Assembly (NCBI GenBank): GCA_036231405.1
Contig: JAZAHK010000006.1
Location: 30,628-94,627 of the forward strand
Length of the DNA: 64,000 bases
From: Nitrospinota bacterium
GTDB lineage: Bacteria; UBA8248
Direction: 5' to 3'
The notes beneath the pieces are model-generated. The model did not search any database, had not been told where the DNA came from, and saw nothing but the letters and a program-made list of their open reading frames with translations. A program made the translations under genes and the position numbers. Positions 9,372 to 19,766 of the stretch are shown here, piece after piece (the stretch's first letter is position 1; the number at the start of each line of letters is the position of its first letter).

Positions 9372-10184
9372 ATGGCTACTGTAAGATCTGATGGTGTGTT
9401 GATCGATTATGAAATTTTAAATCCAACCGGAAAAGGAATTCCTCTTTTTTTTATTAGCGGATTAGGAGGAGTAAGAAATTCCTGGGAAAAACAGTTAGAA
9501 CCTTTTATGTCAAGGGGACCAGTTATTTTACATGATCATAGAGGAACAGGAAAAAGTGAAAAACCTTCTGGAGTTTACAGTGTAGGAAAAATGGCAGATG
9601 ACATTATTTCGATTATGGATGACCTGTCGATAGAAAAAGCACATATGGTAGGAACTTCTACAGGAGGAGCAATTATCCAAATTTTGTGTATTAAGTTTGG
9701 AAATAGAGTTCAAAGCGGGGTTATAGCAAGTTCGTGGCCTAAGAGCGATCCTTACTTCATTCGACAATTTGAAGTTAGGAAAGAAATTTTACTTAATATG
9801 GGCTGGGAAACACATAATCGTCTATCCTCCTTTACCTTATATAGTCCAGAATTTTTTTCCAAAAATTACACAAAAATTTCAGATACCGAGAAAAAACAGC
9901 TCGCAAATATGCCACCTAAAGAAATAATGGCTGAGAGAATTGACTGTATTATTGAACATGACCAATTAGAAAAATTACCTGAAATTAAAACTCCGGTTTT
10001 GGTCTTGGTTGGACGTGAAGATTTTGTTACCCCAGTATACTATTCAGAGAAGATCGCGTCCCTTATTCCTGATTCAGAATTCAAAATCTTTAAAAAAGGC
10101 GGACATTTTATCTATCTAACTTACCCAAACGAATTTAATAGTACGGTTCTAGATTTTATTAAACGAAATGAAAATTTCGAATAA
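9372..10184 (+). CDS. alpha/beta hydrolase (RutD / enol-lactone hydrolase-like)
   Basis: SGLGG, DHRGTGKS, GTSTGG nucleophile elbow, GREDFVTP and GGHF. Confidence 0.85.
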   Translation: MATVRSDGVLIDYEILNPTGKGIPLFFISGLGGVRNSWEKQLEPFMSRGPVILHDHRGTGKSEKPSGVYSVGKMADDIISIMDDLSIEKAHMVGTSTGGAIIQILCIKFGNRVQSGVIASSWPKSDPYFIRQFEVRKEILLNMGWETHNRLSSFTLYSPEFFSKNYTKISDTEKKQLANMPPKEIMAERIDCIIEHDQLEKLPEIKTPVLVLVGREDFVTPVYYSEKIASLIPDSEFKIFKKGGHFIYLTYPNEFNSTVLDFIKRNENFE

Positions 10185-10202
10185 CTCCAAGAGAACATAA
10201 TT

Positions 10203-12107
10203 TTGGAAAACCAAGTTATTATTGGTACAGCAGGTCACATTGATCACGGAAAAACATCATTGGTTCGTTCGCTTACTGGTACGGAAACAGACCGTTTAAA
10301 AGAAGAAAAAGAACGTGGAATAACAATAGATCTTGGATTTGCAAAACTCAACTCTGGAGAGACTAACGCAGGTATCGTAGATGTGCCTGGGCACGAACGA
10401 TTTGTGAAAAACATGCTCGCAGGTGTAGGTGGAATAGATATCGTTATGCTGGTGATTGCTGCAGATGAAGGAGTAATGCCACAGACGAGAGAGCATTTAT
10501 CTATTTGTGAATTGCTGGGAGTAAAAAATGGACTAATCGTTATCACAAAATCCGATCTCGTTGAGCCTGAATGGATTTCACTGGTGAAGGACGACCTCAA
10601 AGAATTCGTTAAAGAAACCTTCCTACATAAAAAACCTATCCTTCAAGTATCTTCTGAAACAGGAGAAGGTATAGACGATCTTAAAAAGATTTTAAATAAA
10701 CTAATTTTAGATGTTAATCCTAAAGATGAAAATGGAGTATTTCGTATTCCCATAGATAGAGTTTTTACAATGCATGGTTTTGGTGTCGTAGTAACTGGGA
10801 CACTTTTTAGTGGAAAAGTAAAGACTGGGCAAACAATTGAAATATATCCTACCGAGACACAAGCAAAAATAAGAGGAATACAAGTCCACAGTGAATCAGT
10901 AGAAGAATCTGCCGCTGGCTTTCGAACTGCAATCAATTTACAAGGGATTGAGAAAACAAAAATAGAAAGAGGATATGTTTTAGGATTTCCTAAAGAGATG
11001 CGGAATACTTACATGCTTGACGTATTCTTAGAACTTCTTGAAAGCGCCTCCAACCCCCTAAAAAATCGATCTCGTGTTCGGTTCCATTCAGGAACTGTTG
11101 AAGTAATGGCAAGAGTTATTTTGTTAGAAAAAAATTCAATAAATCCAGGGGATAAAATTTTTGCCCAGATTAGACTTGAAAAACCGATCACAGCGCTTCC
11201 AAGAGATCGTTTTGTTATTAGGAGTTACTCCCCCATGACTACCATCGGTGGTGGAGAAATTCTAGATGTGGATCCACCAAAATTAAAAAGAATGAAAAAG
11301 AATTCTGCATCTAGGTTCGAATTTTTAAAAAAAGGCTCAGATAGAGAACGATTAAAGAAATTCATTGAAGAAAATGGAATATCTGGAACAAATTTTTCTG
11401 AACTTTCCGGAAGAGTACCTCAAACAATTAAAAAAATACGTTCCGAAATCTTGGAATTACAAAATCAGCAAGAAATATTGATAGCAGATTTAGATTCTGG
11501 CCTCTCAGTAGAGATGGATCAATTTGAAAAATTCAAAAAGAATTTAGAGAATGAAATTAAGAATTATCATGAAAAAAACCCTCTAAAATCTAGTGCACCC
11601 AAAGAGGAAATTAGGAGTAGGTTAGGAAAGATTAATGAAAAGATTTTTTCCATGGGATTAGATACGTTAAAAAAAGAAGGAATCACTAACGAGGATCAGA
11701 CAACTGTTAAAATATCCTCGCACACTATAGTGCTAGACAACGAACAAGAACTGATGTGTAAAAGAATCGAAAACATTTTTTTAAACGCAAAATTTAAACC
11801 ACCATCTTTAAAAAAACTTATCTCTGAAGAGAAATTAACTGATCAAAAACTCACTGAAGTTATACAGATTCTAGTTGGTGAAAAGAAGCTAATTCTTTTA
11901 AAGGGGGAACTGATTTTTCACTCAAAATCTCTGGACGATGCGCGTTCAGAATTAGAATCGTTTATACTTAAAAATAAGGAGATAACGGCATCTGAATTTC
12001 GTGATCTTCTTGGAATTTCTAGAAAATTTGCAATTCCAATTTTAGAACATTTTGACATTATGAAAATTACTGTCAGGGTGGGAGACAAACGCATCATCAA
12101 GAAATGA
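10203..12107 (+). CDS. selB: Selenocysteine-specific elongation factor
   Basis: [24 protein letters not shown], and the C-terminal winged-helix [13 protein letters not shown]…RVGDKR. Confidence 0.97.
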   Translation: MENQVIIGTAGHIDHGKTSLVRSLTGTETDRLKEEKERGITIDLGFAKLNSGETNAGIVDVPGHERFVKNMLAGVGGIDIVMLVIAADEGVMPQTREHLSICELLGVKNGLIVITKSDLVEPEWISLVKDDLKEFVKETFLHKKPILQVSSETGEGIDDLKKILNKLILDVNPKDENGVFRIPIDRVFTMHGFGVVVTGTLFSGKVKTGQTIEIYPTETQAKIRGIQVHSESVEESAAGFRTAINLQGIEKTKIERGYVLGFPKEMRNTYMLDVFLELLESASNPLKNRSRVRFHSGTVEVMARVILLEKNSINPGDKIFAQIRLEKPITALPRDRFVIRSYSPMTTIGGGEILDVDPPKLKRMKKNSASRFEFLKKGSDRERLKKFIEENGISGTNFSELSGRVPQTIKKIRSEILELQNQQEILIADLDSGLSVEMDQFEKFKKNLENEIKNYHEKNPLKSSAPKEEIRSRLGKINEKIFSMGLDTLKKEGITNEDQTTVKISSHTIVLDNEQELMCKRIENIFLNAKFKPPSLKKLISEEKLTDQKLTEVIQILVGEKKLILLKGELIFHSKSLDDARSELESFILKNKEITASEFRDLLGISRKFAIPILEHFDIMKITVRVGDKRIIKK

Positions 12108-12113
12108 ACAACA

Positions 12114-13283
12114 ATGAAAAAAAAATTCATCAATATAAGAAAAACTATACCTGCTCTTAACGAGCAAATATATGTGAATTGGGGGGGAGCCGGTCCTACA
12201 CCACGATTAGTAGTTGAAAAGATCAATACTTTTTTGCAATGGGAATCTACGATTGGTCCGTTCCATCCAAAAGTGAGAGAAAAATCAATAGAAATAAAAC
12301 AAACCTTACGAGAAACGTTTGCCAAAATTTTTAAGTCATCTCCAGACGAGATTGCAATTACCGATAATACAACAACTGGAATTAATATTGCAGCATCTGG
12401 GATTGATTGGAAAAAATCTGATGAAGTGATCATTGGGAATCAGGAGCATCCAGGTGGTTTTCTCCCTTGGCTGGTATGGGCAAAACGAAAGCACATTAGG
12501 GTTAAACTTCTACAAACTGACGTATCAGATAAACAATTAGTAAAAAATCTAAAAAATACAATAACAAAATCCACAAAAGTTGTATGTATAAGTCATATTT
12601 CCTGGCTTACCGGCAGATCTTTTCCGATCAAATCAATTTCAAAGATATGCAGAAAAAATAGCGCGTTACTTGTTGTAGACGGAGCACAATCCATAGGACA
12701 AAAGAATATTAATATAGCGCAAACAGGGGCAGATATTTATACTATTTCTGGACAAAAATGGCTTATGGGACCTCAAGGCACAGGGGCATTATATATTAGG
12801 AAACATATTTTAAAAAATATTTTATTATCTAGAGCTGCATATGGCACCGCTAGATTAAAAAATCTTAAAAAATTAACATTTACTCCCTTCTCAACTGCAA
12901 AGAAATTTGAGTGTGGAACCATGAATCTTGGCATGATTTCAGGTTTAATAGAAAGCTTAAAGTTGTATGAGCACAATGATCCATCTGAAATAGAAAATCG
13001 AATTAAAAATCTAACAGAAAAATTAATTATGTTAATTCAGAGCCAAGAAAGAATTCGAATACTGTCGCCAATAGAAAAAATAGAGTCAGGAATTATTTCT
13101 TTTATAATCCAGGGCATTCCAACTTCTAGAATAGTTGAACTACTTTTAAGCAAAAAAATTATTTTACGTGAAGTCGAATCAGACCCTCCCTCTGTCAGAA
13201 TTTCTATACATTACGTTAATACAGAAAAAGAAATTGAAGATATTGCCTCTGCCATAATTGCAATTTCACAAAAACACAAATAG
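12114..13283 (+). CDS. Class V PLP-dependent enzyme, cystine C-S lyase (C-DES/CefD)-like
   Basis: YVNWGGAGP, EHPGG, DGAQSIG, SGQKWLMGPQGTG; no SufS/IscS catalytic Cys loop. Confidence 0.8.
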   Translation: MKKKFINIRKTIPALNEQIYVNWGGAGPTPRLVVEKINTFLQWESTIGPFHPKVREKSIEIKQTLRETFAKIFKSSPDEIAITDNTTTGINIAASGIDWKKSDEVIIGNQEHPGGFLPWLVWAKRKHIRVKLLQTDVSDKQLVKNLKNTITKSTKVVCISHISWLTGRSFPIKSISKICRKNSALLVVDGAQSIGQKNINIAQTGADIYTISGQKWLMGPQGTGALYIRKHILKNILLSRAAYGTARLKNLKKLTFTPFSTAKKFECGTMNLGMISGLIESLKLYEHNDPSEIENRIKNLTEKLIMLIQSQERIRILSPIEKIESGIISFIIQGIPTSRIVELLLSKKIILREVESDPPSVRISIHYVNTEKEIEDIASAIIAISQKHK

Positions 13284-13285
13284 AA

Positions 13286-13312
13286 AAGGCGGCAAGATCT
13301 ACTTGCCGCCTT
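13286..13312. terminator. Intrinsic terminator between convergent genes, probably bidirectional
   Basis: Perfect 11-bp stem AAGGCGGCAAG-atcta-CTTGCCGCCTT flanked by A- and T-tracts. Confidence 0.85.
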
Positions 13313-13334
13313 GATTTTATCCTAAGTACTTCAA

Positions 13335-14045
13335 TTAATTCATTTGAATAGCAAGTTCAGTTTTTCCACTTGATTTTACGGTAACCACTTGTTCTTTTTT
13401 TCCAAGTTTCTCGTGCCAAACTTTAACTTTATATTTACCTGCTGGAACATCGGAAATTTCAAACTTTCCACCCTTGCCAGTCACGGAAATATAAGGATGC
13501 TTTGAAACAGCAACATATCCAACCATCCAATTATGAACATCGCATGTTATTTTAACTATTCCTGGTTTAGAAAAGAATCTCTTGCTCATCTTTAACTTTT
13601 TTTTAAATTTTGGCTGAGCAATATTTGCAGTTTTATTCCCTGTTTTTCCTGGATAGGTATGTACGTTATGAAGTATTTTATCACTGTTCTTAATCGTCAA
13701 TTTCCCTTTAATTTTCATTGCAACGACTCTAGGTAAGTAGATACACCCTTTCTGATCAACTAAAACTTTCTTCATCTTCTTAGACCATTTCTTTTTTTTC
13801 TTTACTCCTTCGATAGAAACAACTGCGTACTGAATTCCATCGTTCTTAACAAGAAGAGTTTGATCAAAGATAGGTTTTTTACCACAAATTTTTTTATCTT
13901 TATTTACTGAAAGTTGCTTCGCGTCGGGAATTTTCCCGACAAACTTAATCACGCCCGATACTGTCCCCGCACTTACTAAACCTACCTGAGAAACAAAGAA
14001 AATAGTCAATAACAAAAAGAAGAATCTACGAAAAAAAATCTGCAT
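13335..14045 (-). CDS. Exported protein with cupredoxin-like type-1 Cu motif and carboxypeptidase-regulatory-like domain
   Basis: Signal peptide; DQKGC, HNVH…CDVHNWM, and VPAGKYKVKVWHE; ATG 14045 behind AAGGTG. Confidence 0.7.
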   Translation of the reverse strand: MQIFFRRFFFLLLTIFFVSQVGLVSAGTVSGVIKFVGKIPDAKQLSVNKDKKICGKKPIFDQTLLVKNDGIQYAVVSIEGVKKKKKWSKKMKKVLVDQKGCIYLPRVVAMKIKGKLTIKNSDKILHNVHTYPGKTGNKTANIAQPKFKKKLKMSKRFFSKPGIVKITCDVHNWMVGYVAVSKHPYISVTGKGGKFEISDVPAGKYKVKVWHEKLGKKEQVVTVKSSGKTELAIQMN

Positions 14046-14226
14046 TTCCATCACCTTTCTAATTAGAATCAAAAAAAAGAACATGTCCCACGATTCTAAA
14101 CAACTTATAAAAAGATTCAATAGTCAACGAAACATAATTCTTGTTTCTATATCCTTTTATAATTCACTATTCGCGAGTAGAATAAGTAACGAAAAACAAC
14201 ATTTTGAATTGTTGGAGTGGAAAACA

Positions 14227-15042
14227 TTGACAGAAAAAAAAACAAACTTGAAAGTACCAGAAACTCTTGAAGGTTGGGCAATTTTACATCAAATCTTAAG
14301 AGTAAACTGGGCTGACTGGAAACTAAATTCAGATTCTAAAGATGTAGAAATGCTGTGTGATACCTTAAGAGAGATTGGTAATCCTAAAAATGGTCAATCT
14401 GCAGTTTTTTCGATTGTTGGACATAAAGGGGATTTGTTGTTTTTACACTTTCGAAAAACACTAGAGGAACTAAATGAAATCGAAAGGATTCTTAAAAAAC
14501 TACAAATTTTCAAGTATATGGAAGAAACTACTTCCTACGTTTCATTCTTAGAACTAGGTCTATACGAAATGACGTTGAAGTTGTATAGGAATTTTATAGA
14601 TGAGGGTATGGAACCAGGTACACAAAAATGGAATGAAAAATGGAAAATGGCCCTTAAGGTGGAAAAAGAAAGAATGCAGGAACGTTTGTACATGAATATC
14701 CCAGATGATGATTATCTTTGTTTTTACCCCATGAACAAAAAAAGAGGAGAAGTGAAGAATTGGTATGCATTAGATATTCAAGAGAGACAAGCATTAATGA
14801 GGGAACATGGTTTTGTCGGAAGAAAATATGCTGGCAAAGTTAAACAAATTATTACAGGTAGTATTGGTTTCGATGATTGGGAGTGGGGAGTTTACCTTTT
14901 CTCAGAAGATCCTCTTGTATTTAAAAAATTAATTTACGAAATGAGATTCGATGAAGCAAGTATTTGGTATGCAGAATTTGGTCCTTTTTATATAGGGTTG
15001 AGAAAAGAAATAAATGATATCCCAGATCTTTTTCTTTCTTGA
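14227..15042 (+). CDS. chdC: Coproheme decarboxylase / chlorite-dismutase-like heme protein (ChdC/HemQ)
   Basis: TLEGWAILH, FYPMNKKR, WY…MREHG, GSIGFDDWEW and YEMRFDEAS; TTG 14227 behind GGAG. Confidence 0.82.
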   Translation: MTEKKTNLKVPETLEGWAILHQILRVNWADWKLNSDSKDVEMLCDTLREIGNPKNGQSAVFSIVGHKGDLLFLHFRKTLEELNEIERILKKLQIFKYMEETTSYVSFLELGLYEMTLKLYRNFIDEGMEPGTQKWNEKWKMALKVEKERMQERLYMNIPDDDYLCFYPMNKKRGEVKNWYALDIQERQALMREHGFVGRKYAGKVKQIITGSIGFDDWEWGVYLFSEDPLVFKKLIYEMRFDEASIWYAEFGPFYIGLRKEINDIPDLFLS

Positions 15043-15055
15043 TTTAAAATAACTT

Positions 15056-15895
15056 ATGAAAAAAATTCTTATCGCTGGATGTGGTTATGTTGGCAATGAA
15101 CTTGGTGAAAGACTAAGTTCAAAAGGACATAAAGTTTGGGGGATAAGGAGAAACACAAAATTTATTTCTGAATCGATTCAACCAATGTCTGCAGATTTAA
15201 GCAAAATAGAAACTTTGCGAGTTCTGCCTGAAACTATTGATTATGTTTTTTACATGCCATCCCCTGGACTCAGAAATGAAATTACTTACAAAAATGCTTT
15301 TCTAAAGGGGACCAAAAATTTAGTTCAATGTATGGAAGAAAAAAAATATAATCTTAAACGTTTTTTTTTTATTTCAAGTACTTCCGTATATGCGCAACAT
15401 TCAGGGGAATGGGTCGACGAAAATTCAATAACAAAACCGAAATCATTGACTGGAAAGATAATTCTTGATGCTGAAAAATATCTTTTGAATACTCCTTTTA
15501 AAACTACAATAATAAGATTCTCTGGAATTTACGGTCCTAGTAGAAAAGGATTCTTAAATAAAATGATAAACGAAGGTAAAACTTTCACCTCTAACCGATT
15601 CACTAATCGAATTCATAGAGATGATTGTGCGAACGTACTAATCCACTTAATGAATTCACAAAATTGCGAAGATATCTATCTCGGTTCAGACGATAACCCA
15701 GCAGATCTTTCTGAATTGGCAAATTGGATTATGGAGAAAAAAGGCTTAAGAAATCAGAATCTTGAATACTTAACAAAAATAAAATTTACTAAAACAAAAT
15801 CTAATAAAAGATGCTCTAACAAAAAATTAATAAAGTCAGGGTATAGGTTTCTATTCCCTACCTTTCGTGAAGGGTACAATTCACTAATAGAATAG
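15056..15895 (+). CDS. Atypical SDR, NAD-dependent epimerase/dehydratase (YeeZ-like)
   Basis: AGCGYVG Rossmann motif, SSTSVY, IYGPSR and NRIHRDD. Confidence 0.85.
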   Translation: MKKILIAGCGYVGNELGERLSSKGHKVWGIRRNTKFISESIQPMSADLSKIETLRVLPETIDYVFYMPSPGLRNEITYKNAFLKGTKNLVQCMEEKKYNLKRFFFISSTSVYAQHSGEWVDENSITKPKSLTGKIILDAEKYLLNTPFKTTIIRFSGIYGPSRKGFLNKMINEGKTFTSNRFTNRIHRDDCANVLIHLMNSQNCEDIYLGSDDNPADLSELANWIMEKKGLRNQNLEYLTKIKFTKTKSNKRCSNKKLIKSGYRFLFPTFREGYNSLIE

Positions 15896-15897
15896 AT

Positions 15898-16596
15898 TCA
15901 CTTATTAATTTTCAACAAAATAGATATATCTTCCCTAAGTTTACTTAAAGCATCCCTGTCGTTACTCAAATAGTATCCCCGAACTCTCAATTCAGTATCA
16001 ATCAAAACAAAGCGAAAACTATGTCGGAAATTTGGTTTTTTCTTATGGGCTGGGTGATGTGCAAATGCATTCTGTAAAAAGAAATCTTTAATTGTCCTGT
16101 CGAAAAAGGAATTCATTCCTTTTTTTCTATGATCGAAAGCGATCTCTGCACTCAATCCAAGTCCAAATTGCACTAACTTGTTAATTTCTACTTTCTCACC
16201 AGTAAGAAAAAACCATTTTTTAAAATTTGCCCCAAATCGTTTTCCATATTTTTCGAGAACAGTAGATACATCAAACTTTGGATCAATAGTTACGGAAAAT
16301 TGCGAAAAGAGTTGCTCTTTCAAAAATTCTTGCTGCAGTTTAGACATCTCTATGGATTGAAGAGGACAGGTGTCGTTACAACGAGAAAAGATCAAATCCC
16401 CAACCCAAATTTTGCCTTTCAGATCTCTCTCTGTAAAAACAGCGCCTTTCTGATCTATCAATGAAAAACTAGAAATACTTTTAAAAACCGGAAGAAGTTC
16501 ATTTTTCTGTTCGCAACCAGCAATAAAAAAAACTAACAAAAACGAAAAGGTCCCCAAGAGACAAATTTTATTCTTTCTAAAAATATTTCTACACAA
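15898..16596 (-). CDS. SCO1/SenC family copper chaperone (lipoprotein)
   Basis: Lipobox IAGC, CNDTCP (CxxxC), TIDP, WFFLTG and the conserved His in HSFRFVLID. Confidence 0.88.
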   Translation of the reverse strand: MCRNIFRKNKICLLGTFSFLLVFFIAGCEQKNELLPVFKSISSFSLIDQKGAVFTERDLKGKIWVGDLIFSRCNDTCPLQSIEMSKLQQEFLKEQLFSQFSVTIDPKFDVSTVLEKYGKRFGANFKKWFFLTGEKVEINKLVQFGLGLSAEIAFDHRKKGMNSFFDRTIKDFFLQNAFAHHPAHKKKPNFRHSFRFVLIDTELRVRGYYLSNDRDALSKLREDISILLKINK

Positions 16597-16597
16597 T

Positions 16598-17818
16598 TTA
16601 AGTTCCTTGCCTAATCTCTCTAAGACGATGAATAGAAATTGAAATTAAAAATGCTATAAAACATAAAAAAGAAAAAAAGAAGAACGTTTTTTGAACCCCA
16701 TAAGCTTCTGCAACTAATCCGGCAATTAATGGTGACAAAACAGAACTAACTTCGTTTCCACTATATAACAATCCTATTGAACTGGCTCGATTTTTCTCTT
16801 CTACAACTTTGGTGGCAATAGACAAAATAAGACCTTGTGAAGGATTTAAACTGCCCCCTAGAATAATGATCAATAAGAAAGTTAAAAAAATAGAAACGTT
16901 CCAGGTCAGTAACAATAGAGAAACAGATGCAATTCCCATCATTAACAAGATATAAAATGTTTCACGATTCCCTTCTGCAATTTTCCCCCACATAAGAGCA
17001 CTTAAAGTCCCTACCAAAAAATACATTGTCAGGACCCATCCAATGGAAGAAACATCAAAACCTAGACTTTCTGCAATCCAAATAGGAAGAAATGTCATGA
17101 TCCCACGTAGACCCATAACTCTACAACATGAAAGTAAAAGTATTAAAATCAGTACTTTATTATGGAACAAATCTATAAAAGTTCTTTTAACTTCACTTTT
17201 TAATTTTTTCTTCTCTTTCGATAAATCGGAAAAATTTAACCAAATGATGACCGTAAATAAAAAACCGGGGATAGAGAATAATTGGACAGCAGATTTCCAA
17301 TCACCAAAGTACACTGTTAACCAACCGACAAGAACAGGAGTAAAAATACTTCCAAAATCTCCTCCAGCCTTAAAAATACTCATGTGTAAAGAAAGTTTTT
17401 CACTAGTTCCTCTCGCAAGTAGAGCAACCGCAGAAGGATGAAAAGCAGAAGACCCAAACCCACTAATAAAAACAAGCAAAAGTAAAATAGAATATGACTC
17501 GAGATGACCATAAAAAATTAAAGGAAGTGCACTAATGAAAAGCGATAAGCATAAAATAAGTCTATGTCTACTTAAATAATCTGCGAAAAAAGAAATGGGA
17601 AATTGAAAAATACCACTTGCAAACGCATAAGTAGAGACAATCATTCCAATCTGGAAATAACTAAGATCAAAATCAATTAGAACGACAGGCAAAATAGGAG
17701 TTAAAACCCTACTATATACTGAATTGACAGAATGACTCCCCGACAAAATAAACACACTTTTAGGATAAGAAGATTTCATGATCTTGAGTTTTCTAGAATC
17801 GACAAGAAAGATCTTCAC
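16598..17818 (-). CDS. MFS transporter (Fsr-like)
   Basis: About 12 TM segments and GSSAFHP; the true start may be ATG 17779. Confidence 0.85.
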   Translation of the reverse strand: MKIFLVDSRKLKIMKSSYPKSVFILSGSHSVNSVYSRVLTPILPVVLIDFDLSYFQIGMIVSTYAFASGIFQFPISFFADYLSRHRLILCLSLFISALPLIFYGHLESYSILLLLVFISGFGSSAFHPSAVALLARGTSEKLSLHMSIFKAGGDFGSIFTPVLVGWLTVYFGDWKSAVQLFSIPGFLFTVIIWLNFSDLSKEKKKLKSEVKRTFIDLFHNKVLILILLLSCCRVMGLRGIMTFLPIWIAESLGFDVSSIGWVLTMYFLVGTLSALMWGKIAEGNRETFYILLMMGIASVSLLLLTWNVSIFLTFLLIIILGGSLNPSQGLILSIATKVVEEKNRASSIGLLYSGNEVSSVLSPLIAGLVAEAYGVQKTFFFFSFLCFIAFLISISIHRLREIRQGT

Positions 17819-17865
17819 ACTTGTTGCTATCTAAACGAAGAACAATGTAAAGAAAGGAATAAAAA

Positions 17866-17941
<76 letters not shown>

Positions 17942-17993
17942 ACACAAAAAACTTTTAGAAATTACTAAAATTGATTAGTATTCAAAGAAAGTA

Positions 17994-18022
17994 ATTCTAG
18001 GTCCATCAATATATAGCGTCAA
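17994..18022 (-). promoter_or_regulatory. sigma70 promoter of tRNA-Phe
   Basis: TTGACG-17 bp-TAGAAT on the - strand. Confidence 0.7.
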
Positions 18023-18138
18023 GCACAGACAAAATCAAACTATTTAAAAAAATACCATTGCAAATAATACTTCTTTCAATCAAATTATGAAATTAGTTCT
18101 AAGCAAAATATTTTCAAGAATTCAATCAAGAGAATCTT

Positions 18139-19149
18139 TTGGATAAAAAAATACTTCCTCTAGGTAAAATGGAACATGACACATTAGAAGAATTGTTAAA
18201 TGATCTTCAAGGACATCCTCGCCTAGTAGTAGGGCCAAAAGTTGGAGAAGATGCTGCCGTTATTGAAATGGGGGAAAAGTATATTGTTGCAAAGACAGAC
18301 CCAATAACATTCGCTGAAGAAAGAATAGGATGGTATGCAGTCCATATAAACGCAAATGATATCGCTTGTATGGGTGCTGAACCGAAATGGTTTCTCGTCA
18401 CACTTTTAATGCCAGAAGGAAAGACCTACAAATCCACGATCAAAACAATTTTTAACGATATTAAACTGGCGTGCCAAGAACTCGGAGTAACTTTGTGCGG
18501 AGGACATACCGAAATTACAAAAGATTTGAAACGACCAATTTTATGTGGGCAGATGCTTGGAGAAGTTGAAAAAACGGAACTCGTACAAGGGACTAAAGCA
18601 CAAAAGGATGATTCGATTTTAATCACACAAAAGATTCCCATCGAGGGTTCTGCCATCTTAGCAAATGTAAAAAACAAAAGTTTGCTTGCCAAAATAGATA
18701 GAAAATCGATTGAAAGGGCTAAAAAATTTTTAGAAAATCCTGGGATTAGTGTAGTTAAGGCTGCTACTTCCGCTGCAAAAACTCATTGTGTCCATTCTAT
18801 GCACGATCCTACAGAAGGAGGGCTTGCAACTGGAATTCACGAACTTGCCCTCTCAGCAAATTTAGGTGCTGAAATCGACTATAACCTAATCCCTATTTAT
18901 AAAGAAGGAAGAGAAATTTGTGAAGCTTTTAACCTTAATCCATTAGGATTAATTACATCGGGAACCCTTCTACTCACTACCAGTAAGATCAATGAGGGAA
19001 AAGTTATTAAAAAACTCGAAAAAATTGGGATACAGACCACAAAGATTGGGAAATTAGTTGATAGAAATCTCGGGGTAAAAATAAAGATGGGAAATAAGAC
19101 AACGAATTTGCCTGTTTTCCATACGGATGAAATATCGAAAGTTATATAG
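18139..19149 (+). CDS. AIR-synthase-related (PurM/HypE superfamily) ATP-dependent enzyme of unknown function
   Basis: GEDAAV, TDPITF, NANDIACMGA, GGHTE and MHDPTEGG; no HypE C-terminal PRIC. Confidence 0.82.
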   Translation: MDKKILPLGKMEHDTLEELLNDLQGHPRLVVGPKVGEDAAVIEMGEKYIVAKTDPITFAEERIGWYAVHINANDIACMGAEPKWFLVTLLMPEGKTYKSTIKTIFNDIKLACQELGVTLCGGHTEITKDLKRPILCGQMLGEVEKTELVQGTKAQKDDSILITQKIPIEGSAILANVKNKSLLAKIDRKSIERAKKFLENPGISVVKAATSAAKTHCVHSMHDPTEGGLATGIHELALSANLGAEIDYNLIPIYKEGREICEAFNLNPLGLITSGTLLLTTSKINEGKVIKKLEKIGIQTTKIGKLVDRNLGVKIKMGNKTTNLPVFHTDEISKVI

Positions 19150-19160
19150 GGAAATAATCA

Positions 19161-19748
19161 ATGAAAAAGAAAGAAGAAATTGGTGTTTTACTTGATTTTG
19201 ATGGAACTATTACAAAACCTGTTTTTGACTGGCCAGCAATGAAAAAAGAGATGAATCTCCCAGATTTAAAAGTATCTATTCTGGACTACATTTCAACTGC
19301 TAACAAAAAAAAAGCTTCCAAAGTAGAAGAAATTCTTGAACGTTACGAAATAGACGCAGCTAAAAAAGCCGAATTAAATGAAGGGGCGAAAGACTTAGTT
19401 AATTTTTTAAAAGAAAAAAAAATTCCACATGCAATTGTTACTAATAATGCAAAAAAACACGTTCTTAATATGCTAAATATTTTGAATATTACTTTTGAAA
19501 AAATAGTTACAAGAGATATAGGATTTTGGAAACCAGATCCCAGACAAGCTATTGCGGGGGCAAAAAAAATTGGAATACCACCCAAACGATGTTTTTTTAT
19601 AGGAGATGGTCAGTATGACATGCTTGCCGCAGCCAGAGCTGGAATGATTTCAATACATTTATCAAAATCCAAAACATTAAAATGCAACTATCAAATTACA
19701 AACCTTACAGATGCAATTTCAATTATTTCTAGTAATTGTAACAAGTAA
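19161..19748 (+). CDS. HAD-superfamily hydrolase
   Basis: DFDGT, VTNN, KPDP and IGDGQYD motifs. Confidence 0.88.
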   Translation: MKKKEEIGVLLDFDGTITKPVFDWPAMKKEMNLPDLKVSILDYISTANKKKASKVEEILERYEIDAAKKAELNEGAKDLVNFLKEKKIPHAIVTNNAKKHVLNMLNILNITFEKIVTRDIGFWKPDPRQAIAGAKKIGIPPKRCFFIGDGQYDMLAAARAGMISIHLSKSKTLKCNYQITNLTDAISIISSNCNK

Positions 19749-19766
19749 ATTCAGTAGTTATATGGG

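Noticed and set aside
18139-19149. selD or hypE
   Set aside because: It lacks the SelD N-terminal Cys/Sec-x-x-Lys and the HypE C-terminal PRIC; there are no hydrogenase genes.
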